The notes under the pieces were generated by a model, which did no database searches, was not told the origin of the DNA, and saw only the letters and a list, made by a program, of their open reading frames with translations. A stretch of 64,000 nucleotides of DNA from contig CAWEUW010000006.1 of the NCBI GenBank assembly GCA_963812375.1, positions 30,837 through 94,836 on the forward strand. The letters run 5' to 3'. Below are positions 48,555-64,000 of the stretch, in pieces. A program made the translations under genes and the position numbers. Numbering within the stretch: the first letter of the stretch is position 1; each line of letters starts with the position of its first letter. This stretch comes from an uncultured Acidimicrobiia bacterium. GTDB taxonomy: Bacteria; Actinomycetota; Acidimicrobiia; Spongiisociales; UBA5794.

Positions 48555-51069
48555 TTGATGGAGGTCGAGACGCCGCCGGTGAGGACTCCCGATCGGCCCG
48601 AGTCGATCTGGTGGCGCCTGCTCACGCTGTGGGGGCTGCTCGGGGTGGGGATGATCCAACCCGTCCTCGACCTCTACGGGTCCAATCCCGAGGTGTTCAT
48701 CGCCGCCAGGGCGGGGACGCTTCGCATCCTGCTGTTCGTCGCCCTGGTCACGTTGGGCCCGGTTCTGCTGTGTGCCGCCATCCTCTTCGTGGCCGGGGGG
48801 ATCGGGCGCCGGGCCGGCGACATCGCCTACCGGGCCCTGCTCGCCGTTACCGGCTTCGTCGCCGCCTCGGCGGTGATGCACCAGGTGATGCCGGGCAGCA
48901 ACGTCACCGTGGTGCTGGCGATCCTCGTCGCCGGCGGGGTCGTCTGGCTGGAGGCACGGGTGGGATGGGCCCGCACCTGGCTCCGCATCCTCGCCCTCGT
49001 CGCCGTGGCCGCCCCGGTGCTGTTCCTCGGGTTCTCGGATGCCTCCGAGCTGGTCTGGCAGCCGGAGGCGGCCGTCGACACCTCGGTTTCGGTCGACGCC
49101 GCCACCCCGGTGGTCATCCTGGTCTTCGACGAGCTGCCGCTGTCGTCGCTGCTCGCCACCGACGGGTCCGTCAACGCCGACCTCTTCCCCAACTTCGCCA
49201 GGCTCGCCGCCGGCTCCCACTGGTTCAAGAACGGCCAGTCCAACTCGATCGCCACCACCAACAGCGTGCCCATCCTCGTCACCGGCAAGCTCGCCGAGGG
49301 GGCCCGGCCGACGTCACGCGACCATCCACTGAGCATCTACACGATGCTCGGCGACAGCTACGCCATGGACGTGCAGGAGACCATCACCAGCGTGTGCCCC
49401 AACTCGGTGTGCGCCGGCGAAGGCGGGGCCAGCGCCGCCTCGGCCGACGACCAGATCGGGGTTCCGGCCCTGCTTGCCGACGCCGCGGTCGTCTGGGGTC
49501 ATCTCACCCAACCACCCTTGGTCACCGGCCGGACTCCCGGCGATCGACGGCCGGTGGGGAGGGTTCGTCGGCGGTGGCGGCGGCGGCGACATCGGCGAAG
49601 GAGCCGGCCTTCCCCTGGCGCCATCAGGGGAACGGCTCCCCTGGGTGGACAAGATGCTCACCACCGCCGACAACCTCGTCGGAGCAGCCCCCAACACCCT
49701 CCACTACCTGCACGTGGTCGCCCCGCACATCCCGTGGCAGGCCAACCCGTCCGGCACCCAGTACGACCGTCCCGAGGATCTCGGCTCCAGCGTCACCGGG
49801 GTCGAGAACGGCTACTGGGTCGAGGACCCGACACGGGCCACCCAGGGATTCCAGCGCCACCTGTTCCAAACCGGGCTGGTGGACCGGCTCCTGGGTCGCA
49901 TCCTCGACTCGCTCGAGCAGAGCGGGATCTGGGACGAAGGGATCGTCGTGGTCACCGCCGACCACGGCGGATCGTTCGTCCCCGGCGAACACCGCCGCTG
50001 GGTGACCCCGAGCAACCTCGACGCCCTGTACCGGGTGCCGCTGTTCATCCGCATCCCCGGTCAGGACGGCGGTGAGGTCCACCTGGAGAGCGCCTACGTC
50101 ATCGATGTCCTCCCCACCGTGGTCGACCTGCTCGACGTCGAGCTCGGGCCGGAGTGGGAGATGGCCGGCCGATCGCTGTTCGACCCGGATCTCCCCACCG
50201 AACGCCCCCATGTGTACGACCACTTCACCGGCCACCGGGAGGCGCTGGGCGGCCCGGTCGACGGCCTCGACGCCGAGATCGCGGACAACTACGAGTTGAT
50301 CGCCGATCAGACGAGCTGGGCCGGGATCGCCGCCGTGGGGCCCTACGCCGACCTCGTCGGGCAGCCGGCCGTCTCCCTCGACCCCCGGTCGGTCGACGGG
50401 GTGGTGGCCGAGTTCGACCAGGCCGAACGGTACGCCGACCTCGACCCGGGCGCCGGCATCGTCCCCACCGTGCTGACCGGTCGGGTGAGCCTCCCTGACA
50501 CCATCGACGCCGGCGATGTCCTGGTCTCGGTCAACGGCACCGTGGCGGGCGCCGGGTACCTGGTGCGGGCCGGGGCCGGCACCGCGGACTTCAGCGCGGT
50601 GGTCCCCGAGGCGGCGTTCCGCCCGGGCGCCAACGAGGTGGTGCTCCTGATCCCCGGCCCGGACGGCGGTTGGGTCGCCGCCGGCGGGGGAACGGTCGCC
50701 CGGCTCGTGCTCCACGACGCCGACGGAGACGAGCTCCCGCTGAGCCCGCCGACCTCGCGGCGCGTGGTCATCGACCGCAGCACGGTGGCCGGTGACCAGC
50801 TCCAGGTGAAGGGATGGTCGGCCGACACGTCGGCGAAGGAGGTGCCCACCGAGATACTGGTGTTCTTCGGCGACGAGCTCGCCTTCACCGGCCCCCCCAA
50901 CCTGGAGCGCAGCGACGTCCCGGAATGGTTCGACAGCGAGGCCCTGGCGATGTCCGGCTTCGACATCTCCATCCCCGTCGCCGACATCCCAGAGGGCACA
51001 GAGCGGGTCACCGTGGTTGCCCGCTTCGGCGACGTCGCCGTCGCCGAGTACGGCACGATCACCGGCTGA
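48555..51069 (+). CDS. Membrane-bound sulfatase/LtaS-like alkaline-phosphatase-superfamily transferase with large C-terminal beta-rich region
   Basis: Five or six N-terminal TM segments. VVILVFDELP, SNSIATTNSVP, VVTADHGGSF. The N-part is in ORF 48555..50075 and the remainder in ORF 49474..51069, with a break near 49500. Confidence 0.7.
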
Positions 51070-51080
51070 CCGGGTGCGGC

Positions 51081-53111
<2,031 letters not shown>

Positions 53112-53225
53112 GGCTCCACCGTACCTGTGCCGGCCGCGTCGGCGGGCGGAAGAGCGCGCCGACGAGGAATGCCCGGGGACCGGGCCTTGTTGTACACCTT
53201 GCCGTCAGAAACCCGAGAAAATGGG

Positions 53226-53254
53226 TTCACAAACGCGGCGACCTGTGTGATATT
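53226..53254 (+). promoter_or_regulatory. Sigma-70-type promoter candidate upstream of the sigma-factor gene
   Basis: TTCACA (53226-53231), a 17-nt spacer, TGT-GATATT (extended -10, 53246-53254). It overlaps the inverted repeat TGTGTG-N8-CACACA (53244-53263) and lies about 280 nt upstream of ATG 53536. Confidence 0.4.
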
Positions 53255-53535
53255 GAACACACATCCGGCCTTGTGACGCGTTTCACGAGCCTCCGCGGGC
53301 CGGATCCGGTTCCTTGGAGGGCATATCCGGGGGTTCGAAACCGGGCGGCACCGTCGGCGATCGTCCGATGGAGGTTCGGGGGCGAGTCCACCGGCGCGCT
53401 GTTTGGATGGATTCGTGGGCTGGACCGGAGGGACAGGACAGGTATGGGGGCGGCCGAGCATGGTTCACGAGACGGCCGCGGCGCGAGCAGGCTGACAACG
53501 GGTGGAGGACTACGGATTGATGAGGATCTCGATCG

Positions 53536-54584
<1,049 letters not shown>

Positions 54585-55017
54585 GCCGGCCGGTCAGCCG
54601 GCCGTCTACCCGGGCCCGGGCCGCCCACCGCCTTCAACTCCTCCTCCCGGCACGCCGGCCGTGGTCGACGCGGTCAATCCGGTAAGGTCGGAGCAGGTCG
54701 TGGAAGGGTTGGAGCATGCAGCTCGCCGGTCTCGTCTCGGGTGCCGCCGATCTGATCGGCGCCGAGGCCACGCTCGTCGAGGCGGCGACGATGATGGTGG
54801 AGCGATCCATCGACGCCTTCGCCGTCGTCGACGGCCGGAACCTGGTGGGGTTGTTCACCGAGCACGACCTCGTCTCGGCGGTGGCCGGTGGGGCCGACCT
54901 CGACTCGGACACCGTGGCCGACTGGATGGCGGAGTCACCCGACACCTTTCCCCCCGACGCCACTGTCGACGAGTCCGTCGCCTGGCTGATGGAGACCGGC
55001 TACCGCCACCTCCCTGT

Positions 55018-57526
<2,509 letters not shown>

Positions 57527-57602
57527 GGCGAGTGTACCGAGCCCCCCTGCCCGATCTCTGAGACCTGAGCTTCTGCTGCCTGCCGCTGCAGTACCAGGAA
57601 CC

Positions 57603-58001
57603 TCAGGCGCGAGGTTCGTCCGCGTCGGCGACGAGGCGGACCTGGTCCAGGGTCGCCGCTGCGGGGTCTACCCCGTCGTCGACCAAGAAGCGGAGATGCT
57701 CGGACGGCACGCCCTCCAAGCCCGGCGTGTCGCGGCGGAACACCTTCAGCGCCACGGGTGGCTGCAGGGCGGCGGCACCGGCGATCCGTCCCGCCCCGGT
57801 CTCCTCGAGCTCCTCGGCGACGAGATCCTCGATGGTGGGTAGCGGCGGATCGGGCGGGAGCGTGGCCAGGATCTGGCGCTGCTTCTTGGTGGGGCGGGGA
57901 CTCCGCGGCGACGAGGCGCCGGGCTCGTCGGACGTCGCCGAACGGCGACCGAGCAACCACCCCAACCCGATTCCGACCAACAGGGCGAGGACGACCTCCA
58001 T
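57603..58001 (-). CDS. Hypothetical single-TM protein
   Basis: Intact 132-aa ORF. N-terminal TM MEVVLALLVGIGLGWLLG, then a Pro-rich linker and an acidic domain. No recognisable motif. Confidence 0.4.
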   Translation of the reverse strand: MEVVLALLVGIGLGWLLGRRSATSDEPGASSPRSPRPTKKQRQILATLPPDPPLPTIEDLVAEELEETGAGRIAGAAALQPPVALKVFRRDTPGLEGVPSEHLRFLVDDGVDPAAATLDQVRLVADADEPRA

Positions 58002-58018
58002 CGCGCTCTCCCCGAAGG

Positions 58019-59368
58019 TCAGCCGTCGGCGGCGTCAGGCGTCGGCCAGGTGATGACCAGGACGGTGACGTCGGAGTCGGTCGGGTTGGAGACCTCGCTG
58101 TCCGGGCCGAGGTCGATCACGGCGCCGGGCGCCAGTCGGGCCCTTTCGGACAGTGCCGTGCCCTCGACCACCACGCCGACGCCACCTTCGAAGCCGGCGG
58201 TGGACCCGGCGCGGAGAGTGTGAGCCGTGACCACCCCGTCCCCGATACGGGCCAGGATCTCGGACGTGCCCCACGGCTGGGCGGAGGTCGGCCCCTGGTC
58301 GGCTTCGATGCGGCGCCGCCGCCGGAGGTGTTCGACCAGCTGCTTGACGTCCTCGGCGCGGTCCTTGGCCGCCACCAGCACCGCATCCGGAGTCGTCACC
58401 GCCACCACGTCGGACAATCCGACCACGGCGAGTAGCCCCCCGTCGGCTCGCAGGTAGCTGCCGTCGACATCCTGGGCCACCACGTCGCCGACGATGACGT
58501 TGCCGCTGGCGTCCTGTATCGCCACGTCCATCAGCGACGCCCATGACCCCACGTCGCTCCATCCGGCGTCGAGCGGGACCACCACCGCCGACCGGGTGCG
58601 CTCCATGACGGCGTAGTCGATCGAGATCGACGGGGAGCGCGAGAACGCATCGCCGTCGAGGGCCAGTGACCCGTCCTCTTCGGTCACTGCCGCCGCCATG
58701 GCCGCCGAGGCCGCGGCGGCGACATCGGGCTCGAAGCGGGCCAGCTCGTCGAGGTAGCGAACGGCGGTGAACATGAACATGCCGCTGTTCCACAGGTGCT
58801 CGCCGTCGGTGACGAACCGTTCGGCGTCGGCGAGTTCCGGCTTCTCGACGAACTCGGCAACCGGGCTCAACCCGGTGGACCCCGGCGCCACCCGGATGTA
58901 GCCGTACCCCGTCGCCGGATGGGTGGGGACGACACCGAACGTGACCAGGGCACCTGTCAGCGCCGCCTCGGCTCCGGCGGCCACCGCCTCGGCGAAGGCG
59001 ACATGGTCGCGGAGCACGTGGTCGGCGGGCATCACGAGCATCACCGAACCCGGGTCGATGGCGAGGGCGGCAACGGCCACCGCGGGCGCGGTGTTGCGGC
59101 CCACCGGTTCGATGATCACCCGCCCGTCGCCATGGCCTGCCGCCTCCATCTCGTGGCGGCACGACGACGCCTGCACCTCGCTGCACACCACAACGGCCGA
59201 CCGATGGCCGGGGATGCCGGCCACCCGGTCGAGTGTGGCGCGCAGCATCGTGTGGTCGTCGACCAGGTTGAGGAGCTGTTTCGGGGTGTCCGTCCGCGAG
59301 GCGGGCCACAATCGGGTTCCCGAGCCACCGGAGAGGATCACCGGGACGATGACGGGGCCGTCGTGCAC
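58019..59368 (-). CDS. manC: Mannose-1-phosphate guanylyltransferase with C-terminal cupin (ManC/CpsB type)
   Basis: VILSGGSGTRLWP, GRNTAPAV, MPADH, EKP, LWNSGMFMF, and a cupin-like tail. The start is set at GTG 59366-59368 (VHDGPVIV). The raw ORF extends upstream through the 91-bp repeats, which I consider non-coding. Confidence 0.8.
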   Translation of the reverse strand: MHDGPVIVPVILSGGSGTRLWPASRTDTPKQLLNLVDDHTMLRATLDRVAGIPGHRSAVVVCSEVQASSCRHEMEAAGHGDGRVIIEPVGRNTAPAVAVAALAIDPGSVMLVMPADHVLRDHVAFAEAVAAGAEAALTGALVTFGVVPTHPATGYGYIRVAPGSTGLSPVAEFVEKPELADAERFVTDGEHLWNSGMFMFTAVRYLDELARFEPDVAAAASAAMAAAVTEEDGSLALDGDAFSRSPSISIDYAVMERTRSAVVVPLDAGWSDVGSWASLMDVAIQDASGNVIVGDVVAQDVDGSYLRADGGLLAVVGLSDVVAVTTPDAVLVAAKDRAEDVKQLVEHLRRRRRIEADQGPTSAQPWGTSEILARIGDGVVTAHTLRAGSTAGFEGGVGVVVEGTALSERARLAPGAVIDLGPDSEVSNPTDSDVTVLVITWPTPDAADG

Positions 59369-59404
59369 CCGGACAATGTAACGGGCCAGGACCGGCCCCC
59401 TAGT

Positions 59405-59606
59405 GGTGGCCTCTGCGCTCTGTTCACATGGCTCTTCGGCTGACGCCTCATCGCTGTGCGATGGGGGACCCCCAACCCCCATCGCCCGAGCCTCCGCCTG
59501 CGGCGTAGCCTCTGTCACATGGCTCTTCGGCTGACGCCTCATCGCGGTGCGATGGGGGACCCCCAACCCCCATCGCCGAGTCTCCGCCTGGCGGCGTAGC
59601 CTCTGT
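59405..59606. repeat. Tandem 91-bp repeat (two full copies plus a partial), each with a 10-bp G/C hairpin
   Basis: Copy 1 spans 59425-59515 and copy 2 spans 59516-59606, differing by two substitutions and two 1-nt indels. Hairpins GCGATGGGGG-N8-CCCCCATCGC lie at 59458-59485 and 59549-59576. A partial unit lies at 59405-59424. Confidence 0.9.
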
Positions 59607-60829
59607 GCTCAACCCTGCTGCCGTCCGCTCCCGCTTCCCCGCCCTGGCCCGGACTCTCGGCGGCGTCCCCGTGGTCTATGCCGACGGTCCCGGCGGCACC
59701 CAGGTGGTGGACACGGCGATCGAGGCCGTCGCCGGGTTCATGGCCGGTGGCGGGTCCAACCTCGGGGGCCCGTTCGTCACTAGCGAGGAGACCCAGGCAG
59801 TGGTCGATTCCGCCCGAGCCGCCGCCGCCGACCTGTTCGGAGCGGAGCGGCCCGACGAGATCGTCTTCGGGCAGAACATGACGTCACTCACGCTCGCCCT
59901 GGGGAGGGCACTGGCCCGCACCTGGCGACCCGGCGACGAGATCATCTGCACCACTCTCGATCACGACGCCAACGTCTCGTCGTGGATGCAGGCGGCCGCC
60001 GAAGCAGATGCCACCGTCCGCCTCGTCGACTTCGACCCTCGAGACGGCCGGCTCGACCCCGAGGCGGTAGCGGCCGCCCTCACCGACCGCACCCGGCTGG
60101 TGGCGGTCACTCACGCCTCCAACGCCATCGGCACCGTGGTCGACGTCGCCTCCGTGGTCGAGGCCGCCCACTCGGTGGGGGCCCTCGCCTTCGTCGATGC
60201 GGTGCACTACGCCCCCCATGGGCTCATCGACGTCGTCACCACCGGTTGCGACTTCCTCGCCGCGTCGGCGTACAAGTTCTTCGGGCCACACACCGGGATC
60301 ATGTACGGGCGGGCAGAGCTGCTGGCCGGGCTCGACGCGGTCGAAGATCAGGCCGGCCCCGAGCGAGGCCCCGGGCAAGTGGGAGAGCGGCACCCAGAGC
60401 TTCGAGAGCCTGGCCGGGGTAGCCGCCGCCGTCGACTACCTCGCCTCATTGGGCGAGGGGGTTGACCGGCGCTCCCGGATCCGCTCCGCCATGGGCCTCA
60501 TCGGCACGCACGAGGCGGGGCTTTCCCGCCGCTTCCTCGACGGGGTCGTTCGGCAGCCGTCGGTGACCGTGCACGGGGTGCCGGACGTCGAGGGCCGCAC
60601 CCCCACCTTCGCCGTCGCGGTGGACGGGAAGCACCCCCGCCGGGTCGCCGAGAGACTCGGCCGGGCCGGGGTGTTCGTGTGGGACGGCCACTACTACGCC
60701 CTCGAGGTGATGCGCCGCCTCGGCGTGCTCGACACCGGCGGCCTGGTGCGGATCGGGTTCGTCCACTACAACACGCTCGAAGAGGTCGACCGGGTGGTCG
60801 ACGCCTTGGACGCGCTTCAGGCCAGATAG
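59605..60829 (+). CDS. Class V aminotransferase / cysteine-desulfurase-like PLP enzyme
   Basis: GTG 59605. VTHASNAIGTV and SAYKFFGPH (PLP-Lys region). The C-half is in ORF 60197..60829 after a break near 60340. Confidence 0.8.
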
Positions 60830-61126
60830 CGGTCGATCAGGTCGAGGATCCCGGGGAAGTCCCCGGCGCGCCGCCTGCGCCTCCTCGACCCAGCGCTCCC
60901 GATCCGGGTGCGCCGGCGGCGAGAACAGGGCCGCCATGAAGAGCGCCTGGATCGACCACAGCGCCATGAAGTCGGCGTCGAACTTCCCGACCGTCTCGTC
61001 GATGTCGGCGGCCGGCAGGGGCTCGTCCGGCGGAATGCCGACGATGGAACCGAGGACGGTGGGCCAGCCAAGGACCTGGCCGTGGTATCGGTCGATCAGC
61101 TCGAGCAGTCTCGGCGGCCCGTTCAC
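60817..61126 (-). CDS. Hypothetical small protein
   Basis: MNGPPRLLELIDRYHGQ... in ORF 60446..61126. A break near 60870 gives ...EEAQAARRAGDFPGILDLIDRYLA-stop (ORF 60817..61071 frame). No family recognised. Confidence 0.35.
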
Positions 61127-61141
61127 GGTCTCCCAGAATGG

Positions 61142-64000
61142 CTACAGACCAGAGTGCGTTGTCGAGCCCGAGGAACTGGCTCCAGCCCTCGCCGACCCCA
61201 GGCCACGGCCGATGGCAAACGCCTCTTCTGCATTGCCGCCCAGCCTCGAGATTGTCGTCAGTAGATTGGCCCGCAATGCGGCGAGCTGGGGATCCGCCTC
61301 GCCTTCGAGCAGGCCGGCCGCCTCGGCGAGCAGTGCCACCGCCTGGGCGGTGTCGCCGCGCACCCAGGCCAGGAAGCCGCGTGGCTCGAGCAGAGCACTG
61401 ACCGTGTTGCCGGGCGGGTCGGCGAGGATGGGCTCGGCCAGCAGATGCTCGATGGCATCGAGGTCGAGCATCCGCTGGTAGATGAACGACAGACCGGAAC
61501 TGACGAAGAGCGCCGAGGCGCGGTTGCCGGCGCGAACGGTGAGGTCGAATGCCTCGAGGGTCGTCTGCAGCGCCGCCTGCGGGTCGAGTGCGGCGAACAG
61601 GTGGGCCAGGTTGTTGCGGCTCCGGTATGCGGAGAACCCGAGGGCGTGGCGGTCGGCCAGGCCCATGGCCCCCTCGAGCAGGATGCGTGCCTCCACCAGT
61701 CCGCCCGGCTCGCCGAGTGCGGTCGCCTTGGTGATCAGGGCGTCGACCAGCACGTCGGTGAGCCCGGACAGCTCGGCGGCGTGTATCGCCCGGTCGGCGG
61801 CGGTGACGACGGACGCGTCGTCCGCCTCCACCAACAGCAGCACCCGGGCGAGCAAGGCGGCGGCGCGGACCAGCTCGGGATCCTCGTCGAGGTCAGGGTG
61901 CTCGGCCAGATGAGGCTCGAGGAGGGCGAGAGCCTCCTGGGGGAGCCACTCGTCGGCGTAGATGGTGGCCAGGATCCGCACCGCCCGGGTGACGGCATGT
62001 CGGTCGGCGCTGCCTCGGGCATGGTCCAGCACGAGGCGGCCGTAACGGACAGACTCGTCGCGGAGTGCCAGCTTGTTCGCCGCCTCCGCCATCCGCTCCC
62101 AGAACGGGACCTTGAGGTCGGGGTGTCGGCCAGCGCCAGCGCCTGGCTGGAGATCGACATCACCTGGCTGTGGGCGCGCAGGTCGGCCGCCCGGTCGGCG
62201 GCGGCGGCCATCGAGCCGAGCGCCTTGGCCCTGATGGCGTCGGCATCGGTGCCGGCCGGCGTGGCGTCGAGCGCCTCGAGGTAGTGGCTGGCCACCACCA
62301 CGGCCAGCTCCGGGTCGGCGAGCTGCTCGTGGAAGGCGGCGACCGCGAGGTGGCGGGCGCGCCGTGTGTCCCGGCTCATCCGGCCCAGGGCGACGTCGCG
62401 GATCATGCTCTGGATGAACCGGTACTGGCCATGCTGGGGCGAGCGCGGGTCGCGCACGGGCTCGATCAACTCGCGACGGATCAGTTGGGCCAGCCGAGCC
62501 GGGTGCAGGTCGCCACCTGCAGCGTCGATGGCTGCCAGCCCGGCCACCGAGAACGTCTGGCCCAGTACGGCGGCGTCCTGGAGGAGTGCCCGCTCGTCCG
62601 GTCCCAGCCGGTCGAGACGAGCCCCGATCACCGCCTGCAGTGAGTCGGGCACCGCCTCATCGGGGAGGTCGCCGACCAGCTGGTATCCGCCACCACTGGG
62701 GACGATGTCTCCGCGGGCGATGAGCATGCGCAGCAACTCGACCCCGTACAACGGCACGCCGGCCGCCTTGTCGACCACGGCGGCGACCGCGTCCTCGGGG
62801 AGACCGGGAGTGGTCCCGTTCACCAACTCGACCATCTCGGGACGGCTCGAGCGGTCCGAGATGGACGGTGATCGTGCCCGGCCGGTCGGCGCCCCAGGCG
62901 GGGCGCTGTTCGGTGAGCTCGGGGCGGGCGACCGCCACCACCAGGATCGGCACGCCCGACCACCACTCGGGCAGCTCGTCGATGAAGTCGAGGAGGGCGG
63001 CGTCCGCCCAATGAGCGTCCTCGAACACCAGCACCGTCGTCCCCTTCGCCGTTACGCCCTCGAAGAAGACACGCACCGCCGCGTCCAGCTCGCTCCGCTC
63101 GCCTTCGGGCGCGGTCCCGACGCCGAGCACGGCCGCCAGCCGGGGCATCGCCCAATCACGATCTCCGGGGTCGGTCAGGTGCTCGTCGAGCGCCGCCTGT
63201 AGCTTGGCCCGCGTCACGTCGTCTGAATCGTCGTCGGCGATCCCGGCTCGGGTGCGGATCATCTCCGCCACCGCCCAGAACGTCACCCCCTCTCGGTAGG
63301 CGAGCGAGCGGCCCTCGTGCCAGAAGACTTCGTCGACCAAGCCATCGATGTACTTCTGGAACTCCCACACCAGCCGGCTCTTCCCCAGTCCCGGTCTCTC
63401 CGATGACGGAGACCATCCGGGCACGGGTGTCGCGCCCGACCGAGCCGAGGAGGTCCTTCAGCAGCCGGAGCTCCTCGCGCCGGCCGACGAACGGCGGCTC
63501 CAGTTGGTCGCTACGACCGACGCCACGCCGTTCCGCCACCACCCGTATCGCCTGGTAGGCGACAACCCGCTGGGCCTTGCCCTTGACCTCGTGCTCGCCG
63601 GCGGGCTCGAATTCGATCGCCTGCTGTGCTGCCTGGTACGTCCCGGCTCCTACCAACACCGTGCCCGGGCTGGCGGCCGTCTGCAGCCGGGCGGCGATGT
63701 TGACGTTGTCGCCGGCCACCATCGCGATCTGCTCGGCCGCCCGGCCCCACCGACGCGTCGCCGGTGTGGATGCCGACGCGGAACGTGAGGTTCGCTCCGG
63801 CGTCGGCGGCGACCTTGGCGACCGTGTCGACCAGCTCCAACCCGGCTCGCACCGCCCGCTCGGCGTCGTCCTCGTTCGCCTGGGTGGCTCCCCACACAGC
63901 CATCACCGCATCCCCGATGAACTTCTCCACGATCCCACCGAACCGGGCGATGACCTCACTGCTTCGTTCGAAGTAGGTGGTCAGGAAGGCGCGCACATCC
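61142..64000 (-). CDS. Class III adenylate/guanylate cyclase domain fused to a STAND (AAA_16) NTPase and TPR-like repeats (5' end outside window)
   Basis: Cyclase core KFIGDAVMAVWG, GIHTGD, GDNVNIAARL. P-loop around GLGKSRLVWEF, Walker B VLVFEDAHWAD, and a long helical-repeat C-terminus. At least four breaks (near 62090, 62830, 63400, 63700). Confidence 0.8.

Noticed and set aside
53326-53346. tRNA-like T-loop sequence GGGGGTTCGAAACCGGG
   Set aside because: The flanking bases cannot form a 5-bp T-stem because G opposes G at two positions. No acceptor or anticodon arms can be drawn from the surrounding 80 nt.

Overview
High-GC (about 70%) chromosomal segment. Gene content suggests an actinobacterium, possibly Acidimicrobiia-like, but this is inference only. 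I call about 60 protein genes and found no rRNA, tRNA, CRISPR array, transposase or integrase.

Main blocks, in order:
- 132-6881: mycobacterial-type Tad/Flp pilus operon (tadZ-tadA-tadB-tadC-flp plus three TadE/TadG-like genes) and a convergent LysM protein.
- 7000-19849: housekeeping and metabolic genes: SulP, a Drg-like GTPase, a GcvT-family/CrtI-like pair, vapBC, a Rieske oxygenase, ctaA-ctaB, a kinase-like phosphotransferase and eda.
- 19867-21909: a DAHP synthase-chorismate mutase fusion and tag, preceded by an unusual structured leader.
- 24994-28804: a sucrose-type cluster, SPP-SPS converging on a GH100-like invertase.
- 36000-42078: a caa3-type cytochrome oxidase cluster, ctaCDEF-ctaG, flanked by lipoproteins.
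- 42900-43543: a DUF559 gene behind G/C-tract hairpins.
- 43568-51069: an envelope module with two paralogous membrane proteins, a pseudo-kinase-LCP fusion and an LtaS-like sulfatase.
- 51081-64000: an RpoD-like sigma factor, a large YjgR/HerA-like ATPase, manC, and a cyclase-STAND-TPR gene cut by the window edge.

Caveat: roughly forty single-base frame breaks interrupt almost every gene, essential ones included. I read these as consensus indel errors, so most CDS calls are stitched across frames and their boundaries are approximate.

No cleanly novel multi-gene system is proven. The best leads are:
- the tandem 49-bp palindromic elements, attenuator-like hairpin and uORF upstream of the DAHP synthase gene;
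- a dispersed 5'-leader repeat family, with two tandem 91-bp copies at manC and a shorter copy filling the ctaA-ctaB spacer;
- the degenerate-P-loop kinase-LCP fusion with its flanking paralogs.
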